DNA of 64,000 bases from an uncultured Planctomycetota bacterium (GTDB lineage: Bacteria > Planctomycetota > Planctomycetia > Isosphaerales > Isosphaeraceae). Positions 44,680 to 52,878 of this stretch are shown piece after piece. The translations under genes were made by a program, and so were the position numbers. The stretch's first letter is position 1; the number at the start of each line of letters is the position of its first letter. The notes under the pieces are model-generated. The model saw only the letters and a list, made by a program, of their open reading frames with translations, did no database searches and was not told where the DNA came from. The stretch covers positions 224,001-288,000 of the forward strand of contig CAWGMQ010000007.1 in the NCBI GenBank assembly GCA_963823665.1. Reading direction: 5' to 3'.

Positions 44680-46242
44680 TCAGCGCTTCAGCTCGCGCTT
44701 CAGGTTTTCGAGGGACTTGAGCGTCTCGTCGAGTTTGCGCTCCATGACTTCGAGGCGATGCTGCGCGCCGGGATCCGCGATGGGCTTCTGAACGCTCGTG
44801 CCGCGGGCGCGCGGCTCGGTGAAGTAAACCTCGACGCGGCTCCTGTTCTTCAACTCCTCGAAACTGGTGAACGATCCGACGAGCTTCAGTTTTTCCATCA
44901 TCAGGTTCGGGTGCAAAATGTCGTGGATGTACGCTTCCTTCGACACGCCTCGTTGCTTTTCTAGAAACTGATACAACGCGTCGAGGTTCATCCCACATTG
45001 CGACGCGACGCGCCCGGCCTCGGCTTCGACCTCCGCGGCGGTGACTGTGATCCCGCGGCGCTGGCATTCGCGTTCGAGGATCGCTTTGTAGATGAGCACT
45101 TCGAGCTCCTTCGCGCCGTATTTCGCCAAACACTGCTCGACCAGCGCGTTGCGCGCGATGGGTGTATCGTTCACCCGCGCGACGATCGCGGTTGGCTGGT
45201 CTGCGGCTGGCTGCACCGGCATCGGCCGCGGGGCAACCTGGGGCGTATGGCATGCCATACAGTTCTCCCTCGGACTGACTGGACACACGATCTGGTGGTC
45301 TCGCGCCGGCATTGGGGCACCACTCGCTTGCTTCACTTCCCCCGTTTGATTGCGCTGATCGGCCGACATTCCCTTGCCGACGACCGCTAGACCGACGGCC
45401 ACCGCGAGCCCACCAACCATCAGTTTCATCACGCTCATGGAAATACTCCGCGAAACATCCACCATCAGGGCCATCGCGCTTGCCGAGACCGCCTCGGCAG
45501 CCGTCGCCCGACCTTTTGCTTTCACGACCTGAAAGGCAGCTTTGAGTGTGGCTTCCACGAGAGCGGGTGGCGTGGCCGCGAGGCCTCGGCCGGCGGCCAG
45601 CGCCGCGGTGAGTGCGCCAATGGTCGGGGCGAGGCCACGGCGCGACAGCCGGGTTCGAAGCCGAGCGCGGCCGCGTGCCAGGCGGCTCTCGAGCGTGCCG
45701 ACCGGGCAGCCGATCCGGCCGGCCGCTTGCTCGTGCGTGAGACCTTCGACGAGACAGAGCACGATTGCGGCACGGAACGGCGCGGGCAGCCGGGCGAGCT
45801 CTTCGTGGAGGGCCCGCCTCAGCTCGTCATCCTGGCATTCGAGCGGGACCGACGGACACATTCGTTCGGCTGCCCGCTGCTCATGTCGCCGTCGCCGGGC
45901 CGCCGCCGATCGGGCGCAGGAGGCCGTCCGATAGGCGACCTGATGGAGCCAGGCGCCGAGTGAGTCGCGCACCCAGAGCGATCTCGCCCGGCGCACAAGG
46001 ACAAGGAAAGTCGCCTGGAACGCGTCGTCAACATCCTGGCGGTCGCGCAGGATGGAGCAACACGTGCGGAGGACCATCGGGCCGTGCCGCTCGACCAGAA
46101 TGGCGAACGCGGGCTCGGCTGCCTCGCCGCACCGCGACGTGAAACGGTGCAGGAGCTGCCCGTCAGTCAAGTTCCCCATTGTTCCCGAGTCGAATAAAGC
46201 CTGGACGTTGCGGATGACCGCGCCTTGCCGAACTCTTGACAT
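44680..46242 (-). CDS. Membrane-anchored ECF sigma factor with CxxCH and SurA-like C-terminal extension
   Basis: TDGQLLHRF..LVERHGPMV..DAFQATFLVL..GTLESRLARGR, TM helix, CMACH, VARVNDTPI..GITVTAAEV. Confidence 0.85.
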   Translation of the reverse strand: MSRVRQGAVIRNVQALFDSGTMGNLTDGQLLHRFTSRCGEAAEPAFAILVERHGPMVLRTCCSILRDRQDVDDAFQATFLVLVRRARSLWVRDSLGAWLHQVAYRTASCARSAAARRRRHEQRAAERMCPSVPLECQDDELRRALHEELARLPAPFRAAIVLCLVEGLTHEQAAGRIGCPVGTLESRLARGRARLRTRLSRRGLAPTIGALTAALAAGRGLAATPPALVEATLKAAFQVVKAKGRATAAEAVSASAMALMVDVSRSISMSVMKLMVGGLAVAVGLAVVGKGMSADQRNQTGEVKQASGAPMPARDHQIVCPVSPRENCMACHTPQVAPRPMPVQPAADQPTAIVARVNDTPIARNALVEQCLAKYGAKELEVLIYKAILERECQRRGITVTAAEVEAEAGRVASQCGMNLDALYQFLEKQRGVSKEAYIHDILHPNLMMEKLKLVGSFTSFEELKNRSRVEVYFTEPRARGTSVQKPIADPGAQHRLEVMERKLDETLKSLENLKRELKR

Positions 46243-46403
46243 CAGCTCGTCTCCACGTTTGGTGATCGGCCCCCTTCACCCTGAAGTGTAATGTCACGGG
46301 CAGGGCCGGGCAGTCCCGCGGTTTTCGGGATGCAGGCTTTTCTTTCCGAGTATGCGATGGACGATCCCTGCGGCGCCGCTTCAAAATCGTACAGAGGACG
46401 GGC

Positions 46404-46454
46404 TGGCAACCAGAATCAGCGGCCGGCGGCTTCTGCTGGATTGCCTTGTTCGAG
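46404..46454 (-). repeat. attC-like site (degenerate, last of the array)
   Basis: Top strand CTCGAAC AAGGC AATCCAGC...GCTGATT CTG GTTGCCA. Confidence 0.55.
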
Positions 46455-46823
46455 GGCTTTCTTCGCTGGCGATCGCATCTTTTTCACCGTGTCCTGGACG
46501 AGCAAATCGTATCGTGCTCGATTCTCGTAGGTCGGCGAGTACTGCCCTTGCAAGTCTTTAAGCGAGCGCAGCACACGATCGCCGTTGCCCGCCTCGAGTT
46601 CGAGGATCGCCGCGTCGATCAGCTCTTTCGTCGCGCGACCAAACCACGCGTTGGAATTAAACCGCTCGAACGATCCGACCAGGGCGGCGACGCCGAAGGA
46701 GAACAGAATAGCCGCGATCCCCAGGCCAATGCGCAGCCTGCGTCGGTCCTGGAACTCCGAGGCGAGCCAGGCAATCGGTGCAGCGACGACCAGTAGTAAG
46801 AGCAATACCCCGAGAGCGCTCAT
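46416..46823 (-). CDS. Cassette ORF: hypothetical membrane protein
   Basis: Two TM helices, P TYENRARYD. Ends inside the attC. Confidence 0.7.
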   Translation of the reverse strand: MSALGVLLLLLVVAAPIAWLASEFQDRRRLRIGLGIAAILFSFGVAALVGSFERFNSNAWFGRATKELIDAAILELEAGNGDRVLRSLKDLQGQYSPTYENRARYDLLVQDTVKKMRSPAKKALEQGNPAEAAGR

Positions 46824-46883
46824 TGCTTCGTCTCTTTCGCCGAAAATCGTCGGCCCGCGCAGCGAATGCGCCTGATGCTTTCG

Positions 46884-47354
46884 TCAGTCCTCATCGCTAT
46901 CGGGCAGCCGCGTCATGAACGTGCTATTGGGATCGTCACTGTAACCCTCAATTGGCCCACACGGCTCAAAGCCAAAAGAGGCGTACAGCCGCCTCGCCGG
47001 TTCGAAATGAGCCTTTGAGCCAGTCTCCAAGCTGAGGCGGCGATACCCGCGACGTGTGGCCTCTGCGATGATGCGTTGCAGGATTGTCGACGCGATGCCC
47101 TTTCTCCGGTGTCGCTTCGACGTGCGCATGGATTTAATTTCGCCGTGCTCTTTGGTCAGCTCCTTGAGGGCGCCGCACCCGGCGAGCTCGTCGCCGATCC
47201 AAGCCGACCAGAACGTGATCTCGGACCTTCGCAGTGCTGCTGGATCAAGCGCGTGGACGCTCTCGGGTGGCGAGATGCTTCGCATTTCTCTCAGGTGCTC
47301 CTCGAGAAGAGCGACGACCGCTCCGTCTTCCAAGGTATCGATGCGAATCTCCAA
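46884..47354 (-). CDS. GNAT acetyltransferase
   Basis: SPPESVHALD, GCGALKEL, GEIKSMRT, RRKGIA, LSLETG, YASFGF. Confidence 0.9.
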   Translation of the reverse strand: MEIRIDTLEDGAVVALLEEHLREMRSISPPESVHALDPAALRRSEITFWSAWIGDELAGCGALKELTKEHGEIKSMRTSKRHRRKGIASTILQRIIAEATRRGYRRLSLETGSKAHFEPARRLYASFGFEPCGPIEGYSDDPNSTFMTRLPDSDED

Positions 47355-47379
47355 CCCTTGACTCCTTCGTCTGGTTACG

Positions 47380-47756
47380 TCACTTCCTCGATCTCGCCAT
47401 CCACGACTCGATAATTTCAAACCAGGTCCGAATCGTCGCCCGCCTCGGGAGCGGATACCGCTGGCATGCCTCCCGCCACGCCTCGGAGTCCGAGCGCCCA
47501 GCTTTTCGCAAATCAGCGGTCAGGTAAGCTCGCTCAGTAGCTGCATCATCGAATGGGTGGCGTGCCAATATCTTTTTATGATCGCGGCGTTGTCGATTGC
47601 GTAATGAAGAAGTCCAGCGCGATCGACTTCAACGTGCGGTCGTGCGCCGTCTTCCGAGTAGCCGAACGTAGGTAACTGGTGATCAGGCGCTCCGATCCGC
47701 GCTGCCAGTTCTCGAACTGTGTTCTCGATCTCAGGCAGTCCGGGCACTTTCGCCAC
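47380..47756 (-). pseudogene. Imm63-like immunity protein, internally deleted and frameshifted
   Basis: LPTFGYSEDGARPHVEVD..LHY, then jumps to ARHPFDD..AWREACQRYPLP in another frame. Confidence 0.6.
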
Positions 47757-47762
47757 GCCTGG

Positions 47763-48200
47763 TTAGCCCCGCCTTCGACGTAAATCTGCCGACTCCACGC
47801 CAACATCCAGGCTACCGCAAATGGCTCGCAACTGCGACTCCGGGATCAGTCCATCGTTGCAGCACCGCACGAGGAAGCGGTAAGTCGCCTCCGTGACCGA
47901 GTGACGGGCCTCACGAAGCGCCGCATGGGCGACGCGCCGCGGCGGGTCCGGCGGCCCGTGGATTTCCGGATCGCTCGGGAAAAACGTCTGCGTCCGATGC
48001 TCTGCCACGTACTCGTCCTGCGCCGCCTTGAGCCGGCGGAATCGCGACTCATAGCCGTCGATGATCTCCAAGGCATGCTGGGCTTGAGCGACCCAGAAGT
48101 CGAGGTTGGCCACGTGACCGGCGAGCTGATGCGTGTTGAGGGTAACGAAGCGCGACAACTGGTCGGCGACGATCTTGGCCACATTCTCCGAGAACGACAT
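47763..48200 (-). CDS. Cassette ORF: hypothetical protein
   Basis: GGAGG RBS, HQLAGHVANLDFW. Stop lies in GGCTAAC (R''-like). Confidence 0.7.
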   Translation of the reverse strand: MSFSENVAKIVADQLSRFVTLNTHQLAGHVANLDFWVAQAQHALEIIDGYESRFRRLKAAQDEYVAEHRTQTFFPSDPEIHGPPDPPRRVAHAALREARHSVTEATYRFLVRCCNDGLIPESQLRAICGSLDVGVESADLRRRRG

Positions 48201-48267
48201 GGTCCGCCCTCCCCGCCGGCTACGGCTAAGATCAACGGCGCGCAGCCAGGCGGAATCTTTCAGCCCG

Positions 48268-48606
48268 TCAAGAAATCGCTTGTTGATCTTGGTCAACTCT
48301 TGGAAGCTCTCCTGCCGCCAGCAGGTGCTGTCGATACGCGGCCACGATCTCTTCGACCGTCCGCGCCGCCCAGTGAGCGATCTCCTCATCAAACCGGCGC
48401 AAACGCGCGTCATTGTCATCGCGCCCGCAGGGGGGGACCCGAGCGCAGTCCGATTTGAGGGCACGAATCCTCGCCGCCCGAACCTCCTCGGCCGCCCGTT
48501 CGACGGCCTCTGGTTTCACGCCAGAGCTCAGGATACGCAGCAGGTGTTGCTCCCGACGTTTAAAGCCCTCGCGCTTCTTGCCGTACCACGGAATGTAGTT
48601 GGACAT
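48268..48606 (-). CDS. Cassette ORF: hypothetical protein
   Basis: MSNYIPWYGKKR..AAEEVRAARIR. Confidence 0.6.
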   Translation of the reverse strand: MSNYIPWYGKKREGFKRREQHLLRILSSGVKPEAVERAAEEVRAARIRALKSDCARVPPCGRDDNDARLRRFDEEIAHWAARTVEEIVAAYRQHLLAAGELPRVDQDQQAIS

Positions 48607-48667
48607 CCAGGTCGAGCCTCGCGCTCCCGCTCTGGTCGCGTTGGCTTTCACGAAGAAATTGCGCGGT

Positions 48668-48728
48668 CTCTCACGCCCCGAGAGCAGTGGCCAGCCGCGG
48701 GCCGACCCGCTGCGCTGCTATGCTAGAC
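48668..48728 (-). repeat. attC-like site (degenerate)
   Basis: GTCTAGC ATAGC AGCGCAGC GG...CC ACTGCTC TCGGGGC GTGAGAG. Confidence 0.45.
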
Positions 48729-48981
48729 ACATCGGCCGCGGCACGGGTTCAGTTCTGGTATAGCTCCGGACGCCCGCGCCCAGCGACCGGATGAACACCA
48801 AGCCGCCGAAGTCCCGATCTCGTGTCAGAAAGAACCTACCCTCAGCCTGCGCGACCCGCAGCAGCCCGGCGTCCTCGGAGCGCGACATGCCCCTCTCAGC
48901 GGCGGTGGCCACATCGAGGCCGAGATTACGCACGTACTGCACCTTGGCGGCGTACACGTATTGGTCCGCGAGGAGCCTCAC
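48718..48981 (-). pseudogene. DUF5615 PIN-like toxin, C-terminally truncated
   Basis: MRLLADQ..GLDV..SEDAGLL..AQAEGRFFLTRDRDFG, then homology is lost. Confidence 0.7.
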
Positions 48982-49208
48982 GCCGTCTCCGCCAAGCGGA
49001 TGTCCTCGAGCGCGATCAGGTCGATCGCATACAGGATGCAGGCCCGGACGTCCTCCGGAGCCAGGTCCGGGTAATAGTCGCGGCGAATCTCCGCGACGGG
49101 ATTCCCTTCTCGCACCAGTTCCAACACGCTCTGGACCGTGATCCGCGTGCCCGCGGCGCAGGGTTTGCCGAAGTGGATCCGAGGGCTGACTTCGATACGT
49201 TCGTGCAT
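48978..49208 (-). CDS. DUF433 antitoxin
   Basis: RIEVSPRIHFGKPCAAGTRITVQSVLEL..YPDLAPEDVRACILYA. GTGA overlap with the PIN gene. Confidence 0.9.
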   Translation of the reverse strand: MHERIEVSPRIHFGKPCAAGTRITVQSVLELVREGNPVAEIRRDYYPDLAPEDVRACILYAIDLIALEDIRLAETA

Positions 49209-49293
49209 GCTTAGACCTCCGGAAACATGGCCTGATCGAAGCACGGCGACCCGCCGGGAAGCAACCGAGGGATAGACTCGCCAACCCGGCAAA

Positions 49294-49352
49294 GCCGGGC
49301 TTCTTGAACATTGATTGGAGGTCCGGCTTCGCGGAATCCAATCCGTCGTGGT
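49294..49352. repeat. 59-bp intergenic repeat, copy 1
   Basis: 54/59 identical to 50954-51012. Confidence 0.8.
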
Positions 49353-49374
49353 CGGACCTCGCTCGGACGCCAAC

Positions 49375-49860
49375 TCAGTCTGGGCTAAATTTTACCCTGG
49401 TTACCCGGCCACGTTCAAAGTAGACGATCCCCCAGTCGGAATCGCCCGGTCCGGCCGACGCTGGGCGAAACACGAGGGTGCCCTGGATGACGAGTTCGCT
49501 CCCCTTCTGGGATGGATCGAGCGGATTGGCGGGCCAACCTGTCCCGCGCTGGTGGTGGGCCATGATCGTCTCGACATCGGCAGGGGTCATCCCGGCCCTG
49601 ACCTTGAAGAGATCGGCGAAGAAAGAGTCGCGGGTTGGCCACGGCACGAGATGGATCACGACCAGAGAAAGACCGATGGCAGCGAGAGTGACGACGGCTT
49701 TCCTCTGCTGGGCGAGCGGCCGCCAGCGTAGCAGGCCGACTGCGAAGAGGAGGAGGACGAGCAGATAAACCCACCCGGGCGGAGGATAGCCCACGAACAG
49801 TTCGTCGAGGACGAGGACAAATGCGGCCAACGAGGTGATAAAGAGGATCAGCGGTCGCAT
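49375..49860 (-). CDS. Cassette ORF: membrane protein
   Basis: ATG 4 nt after R' GTTAGAC. TM helices, VRAGMTPADVETIM..VKFSPD. Confidence 0.75.
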   Translation of the reverse strand: MRPLILFITSLAAFVLVLDELFVGYPPPGWVYLLVLLLFAVGLLRWRPLAQQRKAVVTLAAIGLSLVVIHLVPWPTRDSFFADLFKVRAGMTPADVETIMAHHQRGTGWPANPLDPSQKGSELVIQGTLVFRPASAGPGDSDWGIVYFERGRVTRVKFSPD

Positions 49861-49864
49861 TTCA

Positions 49865-49924
49865 GTCTAACGCCCAAATTCTGCGGCTCGCCGAAGGCGG
49901 GTCCGCTGGATCGCTTTGTTAGCC
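49865..49924 (-). repeat. attC site (canonical, 60 bp)
   Basis: GGCTAAC AAAGC GATCCAGC GGAC CCGCCTTCGGCGA GCC GCAGAAT TTGGGC GTTAGAC. Confidence 0.9.
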
Positions 49925-49984
49925 CAGCCGCAGTCACAAATTATCACAAGGCGCCGCAACGGGCCGGGCCGCTGTGGAGCCAGG

Positions 49985-50209
49985 TCAGGCGGCGCCCCCG
50001 TCAGCATCAGCCTCATCAGGCTCCTGATCGGGCGGATTGCTCAGCATGCTGATGATGTGCCGAGCCAGATGCTCCTTGATCTCGCGGTGTCGCGGGAGCG
50101 GCTGGGAGACCCCGGTCGTCTGGTTCCGGTACCAGTCGTGCCGCCCGCCGTGGCGGACCAAGATGCATCCGAACCCCTCAATCGTGCGGACCAGATCAAC
50201 CCGCTTCAC
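49985..50209 (-). CDS. hicA: HicA-family toxin
   Basis: MKRVDLVRTIEGFGCILVRHGGRHDWYRN..QPLPRHREI. Confidence 0.88.
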   Translation of the reverse strand: MKRVDLVRTIEGFGCILVRHGGRHDWYRNQTTGVSQPLPRHREIKEHLARHIISMLSNPPDQEPDEADADGGAA

Positions 50210-50397
50210 GGGACCACCAACTCGTCAACCTTGCGGATTCCCGGCAACTCGCCGCTCGTCAGGTCCCGGTACAAGTCGATGAGATGATCCTTCAGATCGT
50301 CCAGGGAGTCGCCCTGGGTCCAGTAGTCGGGATAATCGAGCAAGTATCCGAGGAAGGCATCCCCGTCCCGCCAGTGCACAAACTTGATGGTTTGCAT
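50206..50397 (-). CDS. hicB: HicB-family antitoxin
   Basis: FLGYLLDYPDYWTQGDSLDDLKDHL. GTGA overlap with hicA and upstream TACAAT. Confidence 0.85.
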   Translation of the reverse strand: MQTIKFVHWRDGDAFLGYLLDYPDYWTQGDSLDDLKDHLIDLYRDLTSGELPGIRKVDELVVP

Positions 50398-50473
50398 AGA
50401 GAGGCTCCGCGGCCGGCGCATCACGGCAGGATTGTACCTCGGGGCGTCGCCCGCGGGCAACCGGCCCGTGGTC

Positions 50474-50563
50474 GTCGAACAACCAAGCTCAGGGCCCACC
50501 GGTAAGCAGGTCCGAGCGGCAATCCGGCCGGTGCCAACCGGGCCAACCTGATCCGCGTCAGGG
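50474..50563 (-). repeat. attC-like site (degenerate)
   Basis: CCCTGAC (contains the stop codon)...GGCCCTGAGC TTGGTT GTTCGAC. Confidence 0.45.
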
Positions 50564-50803
50564 ATTGCCATTGCCCCCGGTGGGCGCGGACACCGGGCCA
50601 TTTACCTCGACCTGGTTGACGAGGAGCAGGTCGACGATGCTGAACTTCTCGTCATCGTGGTAGACGATGACCGTCCGGCCGGACGGTGAGTGCGATAGGA
50701 ACTCGCTGTGGGGGACATGCAGGGCCCGCCCATCGGCCATGTGGATCGTGAAGGGCCGGAAGGGCCGTGCCTGATCGACATTGCGAAGCTGCTCGATGGT
50801 CAT
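50558..50803 (-). CDS. Small hypothetical protein with its own TGnTACAAT promoter
   Basis: MTIEQLR..ARPFRPFTIHMADGR..VPHSEF. Confidence 0.75.
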   Translation of the reverse strand: MTIEQLRNVDQARPFRPFTIHMADGRALHVPHSEFLSHSPSGRTVIVYHDDEKFSIVDLLLVNQVEVNGPVSAPTGGNGNP

Positions 50804-50953
50804 CGGAGTCCTAGACGGTAGTGCAGATCGCCGCAGCGCGAGCGACGAGGTGATTGTACCACAGGGGGTCTGCCCCATGCGACTCGGCCTGACCGATCGT
50901 TGAGCGATCCTGCCGCCGAGCGTTTCCGAAGCTCAGGGCTCTGCGTGCTCATC

Positions 50954-51012
50954 GCCGGGCTTCTTGAACATCGATTGGAGGTCCGGCTCCGCGGACTCCA
51001 ATCCATCATGGT
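50954..51012. repeat. 59-bp intergenic repeat, copy 2 (hairpin GATTGGAG-GTCC...GGAC-TCCAATC)
   Basis: Matches 49294-49352. Confidence 0.8.
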
Positions 51013-51022
51013 TCGCCGGCGC

Positions 51023-51107
51023 TCATGGCAGTGCCAACGCGGCCTTCAGACAGTCGTCGAGTTTCTGTCCCATGGCCGGCGACGAGGACGACGTCACCCC
51101 GGTTCAT
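51023..51107 (-). pseudogene. PemK/MazF-like toxin remnant (central deletion)
   Basis: MNRGDVVLV joined out of frame to MGQKLDDCLKAALALP*. ATGA overlap with the upstream gene. Confidence 0.7.
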
Positions 51108-51355
51108 GGCTCATCCGGGAGATCGTCGTACTCGTCCATGTCCTCCCAACCCGCCTGCTTGCCTGCTTCCCACGCCAAAGCTTGGAGCTCCTCCCCCGTC
51201 CATGGGCTGTCGTCGTACTCATCGTGCTTGAGCCGCTCGTATTCGTCGAGCCGGAGAAATACGAAAGTCTCCCCGGTCCGGGGGCTCACTAGACGGAGCG
51301 AGGCGGTCTCGCAATCCTCGATCGCCTGCCATTGCTGCTCGTTCAGTTCGATCAT
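51104..51355 (-). CDS. Putative antitoxin (acidic C-terminus)
   Basis: MIELNEQQWQAI..PRTGETFV..YERL..GWEDMDEYDD, coupled to the MazF remnant. Confidence 0.65.
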   Translation of the reverse strand: MIELNEQQWQAIEDCETASLRLVSPRTGETFVFLRLDEYERLKHDEYDDSPWTGEELQALAWEAGKQAGWEDMDEYDDLPDEP

Positions 51356-51401
51356 TGGGGGGCTTCTCCATACCCGCACCGTACCGCCGCCGCGCTCCGC
51401 C

Positions 51402-51461
51402 GTCCATCGCCGAGGCTCAGCGGTCCGCCGCAGGCGGGGCCGCTGGATCGCCACGTTGGCC
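51402..51461 (-). repeat. attC site (R' degenerate: GATGGAC)
   Basis: GGCCAAC GTGGC GATCCAGC GGCCCCGCCTGCGGCGGACC GCTGAGC CTCGGC GATGGAC. Confidence 0.75.
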
Positions 51462-51515
51462 GGGCCGCCATGGCCTTCATCGCGCCCTGGACCGCTGTTG
51501 GGTGCATCACGTTTG

Positions 51516-51657
51516 TTAGCCCCATTTCTCAACGTACTTCGTGATAACATCAGCCAGGCTCGGACGGCAGAGGGCCGCATATTCCTGAGCCATCCTCCCA
51601 AGCACAGACCCACGAACTCCATCCTCTGGTGGGAGCGGTGGTCGGATCGAACCGCAT
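51516..51657 (-). pseudogene. Internally deleted copy of the 56648-57490 gene
   Basis: Matches 56648-56760 and 57461-57490 but lacks the ~700 bp between them. Confidence 0.8.
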
Positions 51658-51685
51658 AGCACACGGCCCTTCCATGTCAGGCGAG

Positions 51686-52033
51686 TTAGCCGTCAGCGTG
51701 GTCGCCGCGATGCCGGGCCTTGGGCCAACGAATCCGGTCCGGCGCGACACTCGACGGGGGCCAGAGGCGACGGGGCCTCAGCTCAAATGTGAAGAAGTAG
51801 TTGTCGAACGAGACGTCCGTCGGGCCGGCGGCCCAGCCCCGAATACGCTTCTCGACCGCGACCCATCGGCGCCGCCGCCTCAGGATGCTCGGCTTCTCGT
51901 AGCGGTCCAATCGCCTCTTATGCCATTTGGCGTGGGAGATCGGGTGGCCGCCCTCCTCGTGGAGCAGCCTGCGCAACCGCTTGAGGCCATCGGCGAGCGA
52001 TTCACCGCCTGCGATCTCAACTCTGACACCCAT
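51686..52033 (-). CDS. Ribosomal protein bS21-like paralog, copy 1
   Basis: MGVRVEIAGGESLADGLKRLRRLL...DRYEKPSILRRRRR plus a C-terminal extension. Stop lies in GGCTAAC. Confidence 0.6.
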   Translation of the reverse strand: MGVRVEIAGGESLADGLKRLRRLLHEEGGHPISHAKWHKRRLDRYEKPSILRRRRRWVAVEKRIRGWAAGPTDVSFDNYFFTFELRPRRLWPPSSVAPDRIRWPKARHRGDHADG

Positions 52034-52206
52034 GTCGCGCGTCTTGACGGCCGACGCGAAGCCGTGGAAACGGATGACTGAACCCCCCGGGGATGAGCAG
52101 CCTGACTCGAAATCGCCCGAAGTCTTGATTGGCTCTCCATCCGTGGACACGCAAGCTTACCACCCGTGTCCGGCAAGGCCAAGCCGGCTTTCTCCAGCGA
52201 TCGCCG

Positions 52207-52306
52207 GCCTGACGGCTGGCGGCTCAGCGGCCCGGGCCACCAAAGTGAGTTCGTGCGCATCGACGAGTGCTGCGGCGGTTCGGGTCCGCTGCGGCGCCGG
52301 TTAGCC
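52207..52306 (-). repeat. attC-like site (100 bp)
   Basis: GGCTAAC CGGC GCCGCAGC GGACCCG...CGGGCC GCTGAGC CGCCAGCC GTCAGGC. Confidence 0.75.
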
Positions 52307-52597
52307 GTCGGCGCGCTTCTGATCCGCGACCCACGTCGCAGCGTCATGATAGATCCGCGCCATCGGACAAGGCAGTCGGTCCTCCGCCCTGAGCCATGTC
52401 AGGTGGACCTGCGCCACTCGCCCGGATCCATCCTCGATCGCGAACAGCACGTCATCGCGGTCAGGGCGGCGGCCGATGGCGCGCAGTGGCAAGCCATAGA
52501 GGCAATGGCCCGGCTACAACTCCCGACGCAGCTCCGCCTCGACCGCCTCGACGTGAGACGGCAGATCGAAGGGTTGCCACGGCCCGATCCATTCCAC
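52301..52597 (-). pseudogene. Cassette ORF with in-frame TAG (52514-52516)
   Basis: MEWIGPW..EAELRREL*PGHCLYG..DDVLF..VAQVHLTW. Stop lies in R''. Confidence 0.7.
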
Positions 52598-52612
52598 AGC
52601 CAGTCCCCCGCC

Positions 52613-52673
52613 ATGTAACGTCCAAGATCAGCGGCCCGTCGGCAGGCGGGTCCGCTGCAACCGAATCTTAGGC
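52613..52673 (-). repeat. attC site
   Basis: GCCTAAG ATTCG GTTGCAGC GGAC CCGCCTGCCGACGG GCC GCTGATC TTGGAC GTTACAT. Confidence 0.85.
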
Positions 52674-52878
52674 TCGGCTCGGCCGGGTCCGGAGGATTTC
52701 ACGAGAAGTCTCTTCGGACGCCGGCGAGTAACATTGTAGATCGCCGTGGAGGTCGTCAGGGCCATCGCTGATCCAGGCACGGCCGATGATGCGAGGGGTC
52801 GGGTCGGGCTGCCGGACCGTTTGTCCGGCGAGAATCGCGACCCTCTTTCAGCCCTCAGTGCGACGCAACTTGATCAGG
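52674..52878 (-). pseudogene. 3' remnants of duplicates of the 54749-55081 and 55164-55679 genes
   Basis: 52674-52760 matches ~54755-54840, and 52832-52879 matches ~55149-55195. Confidence 0.7.

Noticed and set aside
2908..52516. Amber (TAG) recoding suggested by in-frame TAGs at 2908, 2998, 13197 and 52514
   Set aside because: TAG terminates conserved genes at their expected ends (ybhS 33645, synthase 9808). The affected genes are in decaying regions, and no pyl genes or suppressor tRNA are visible.
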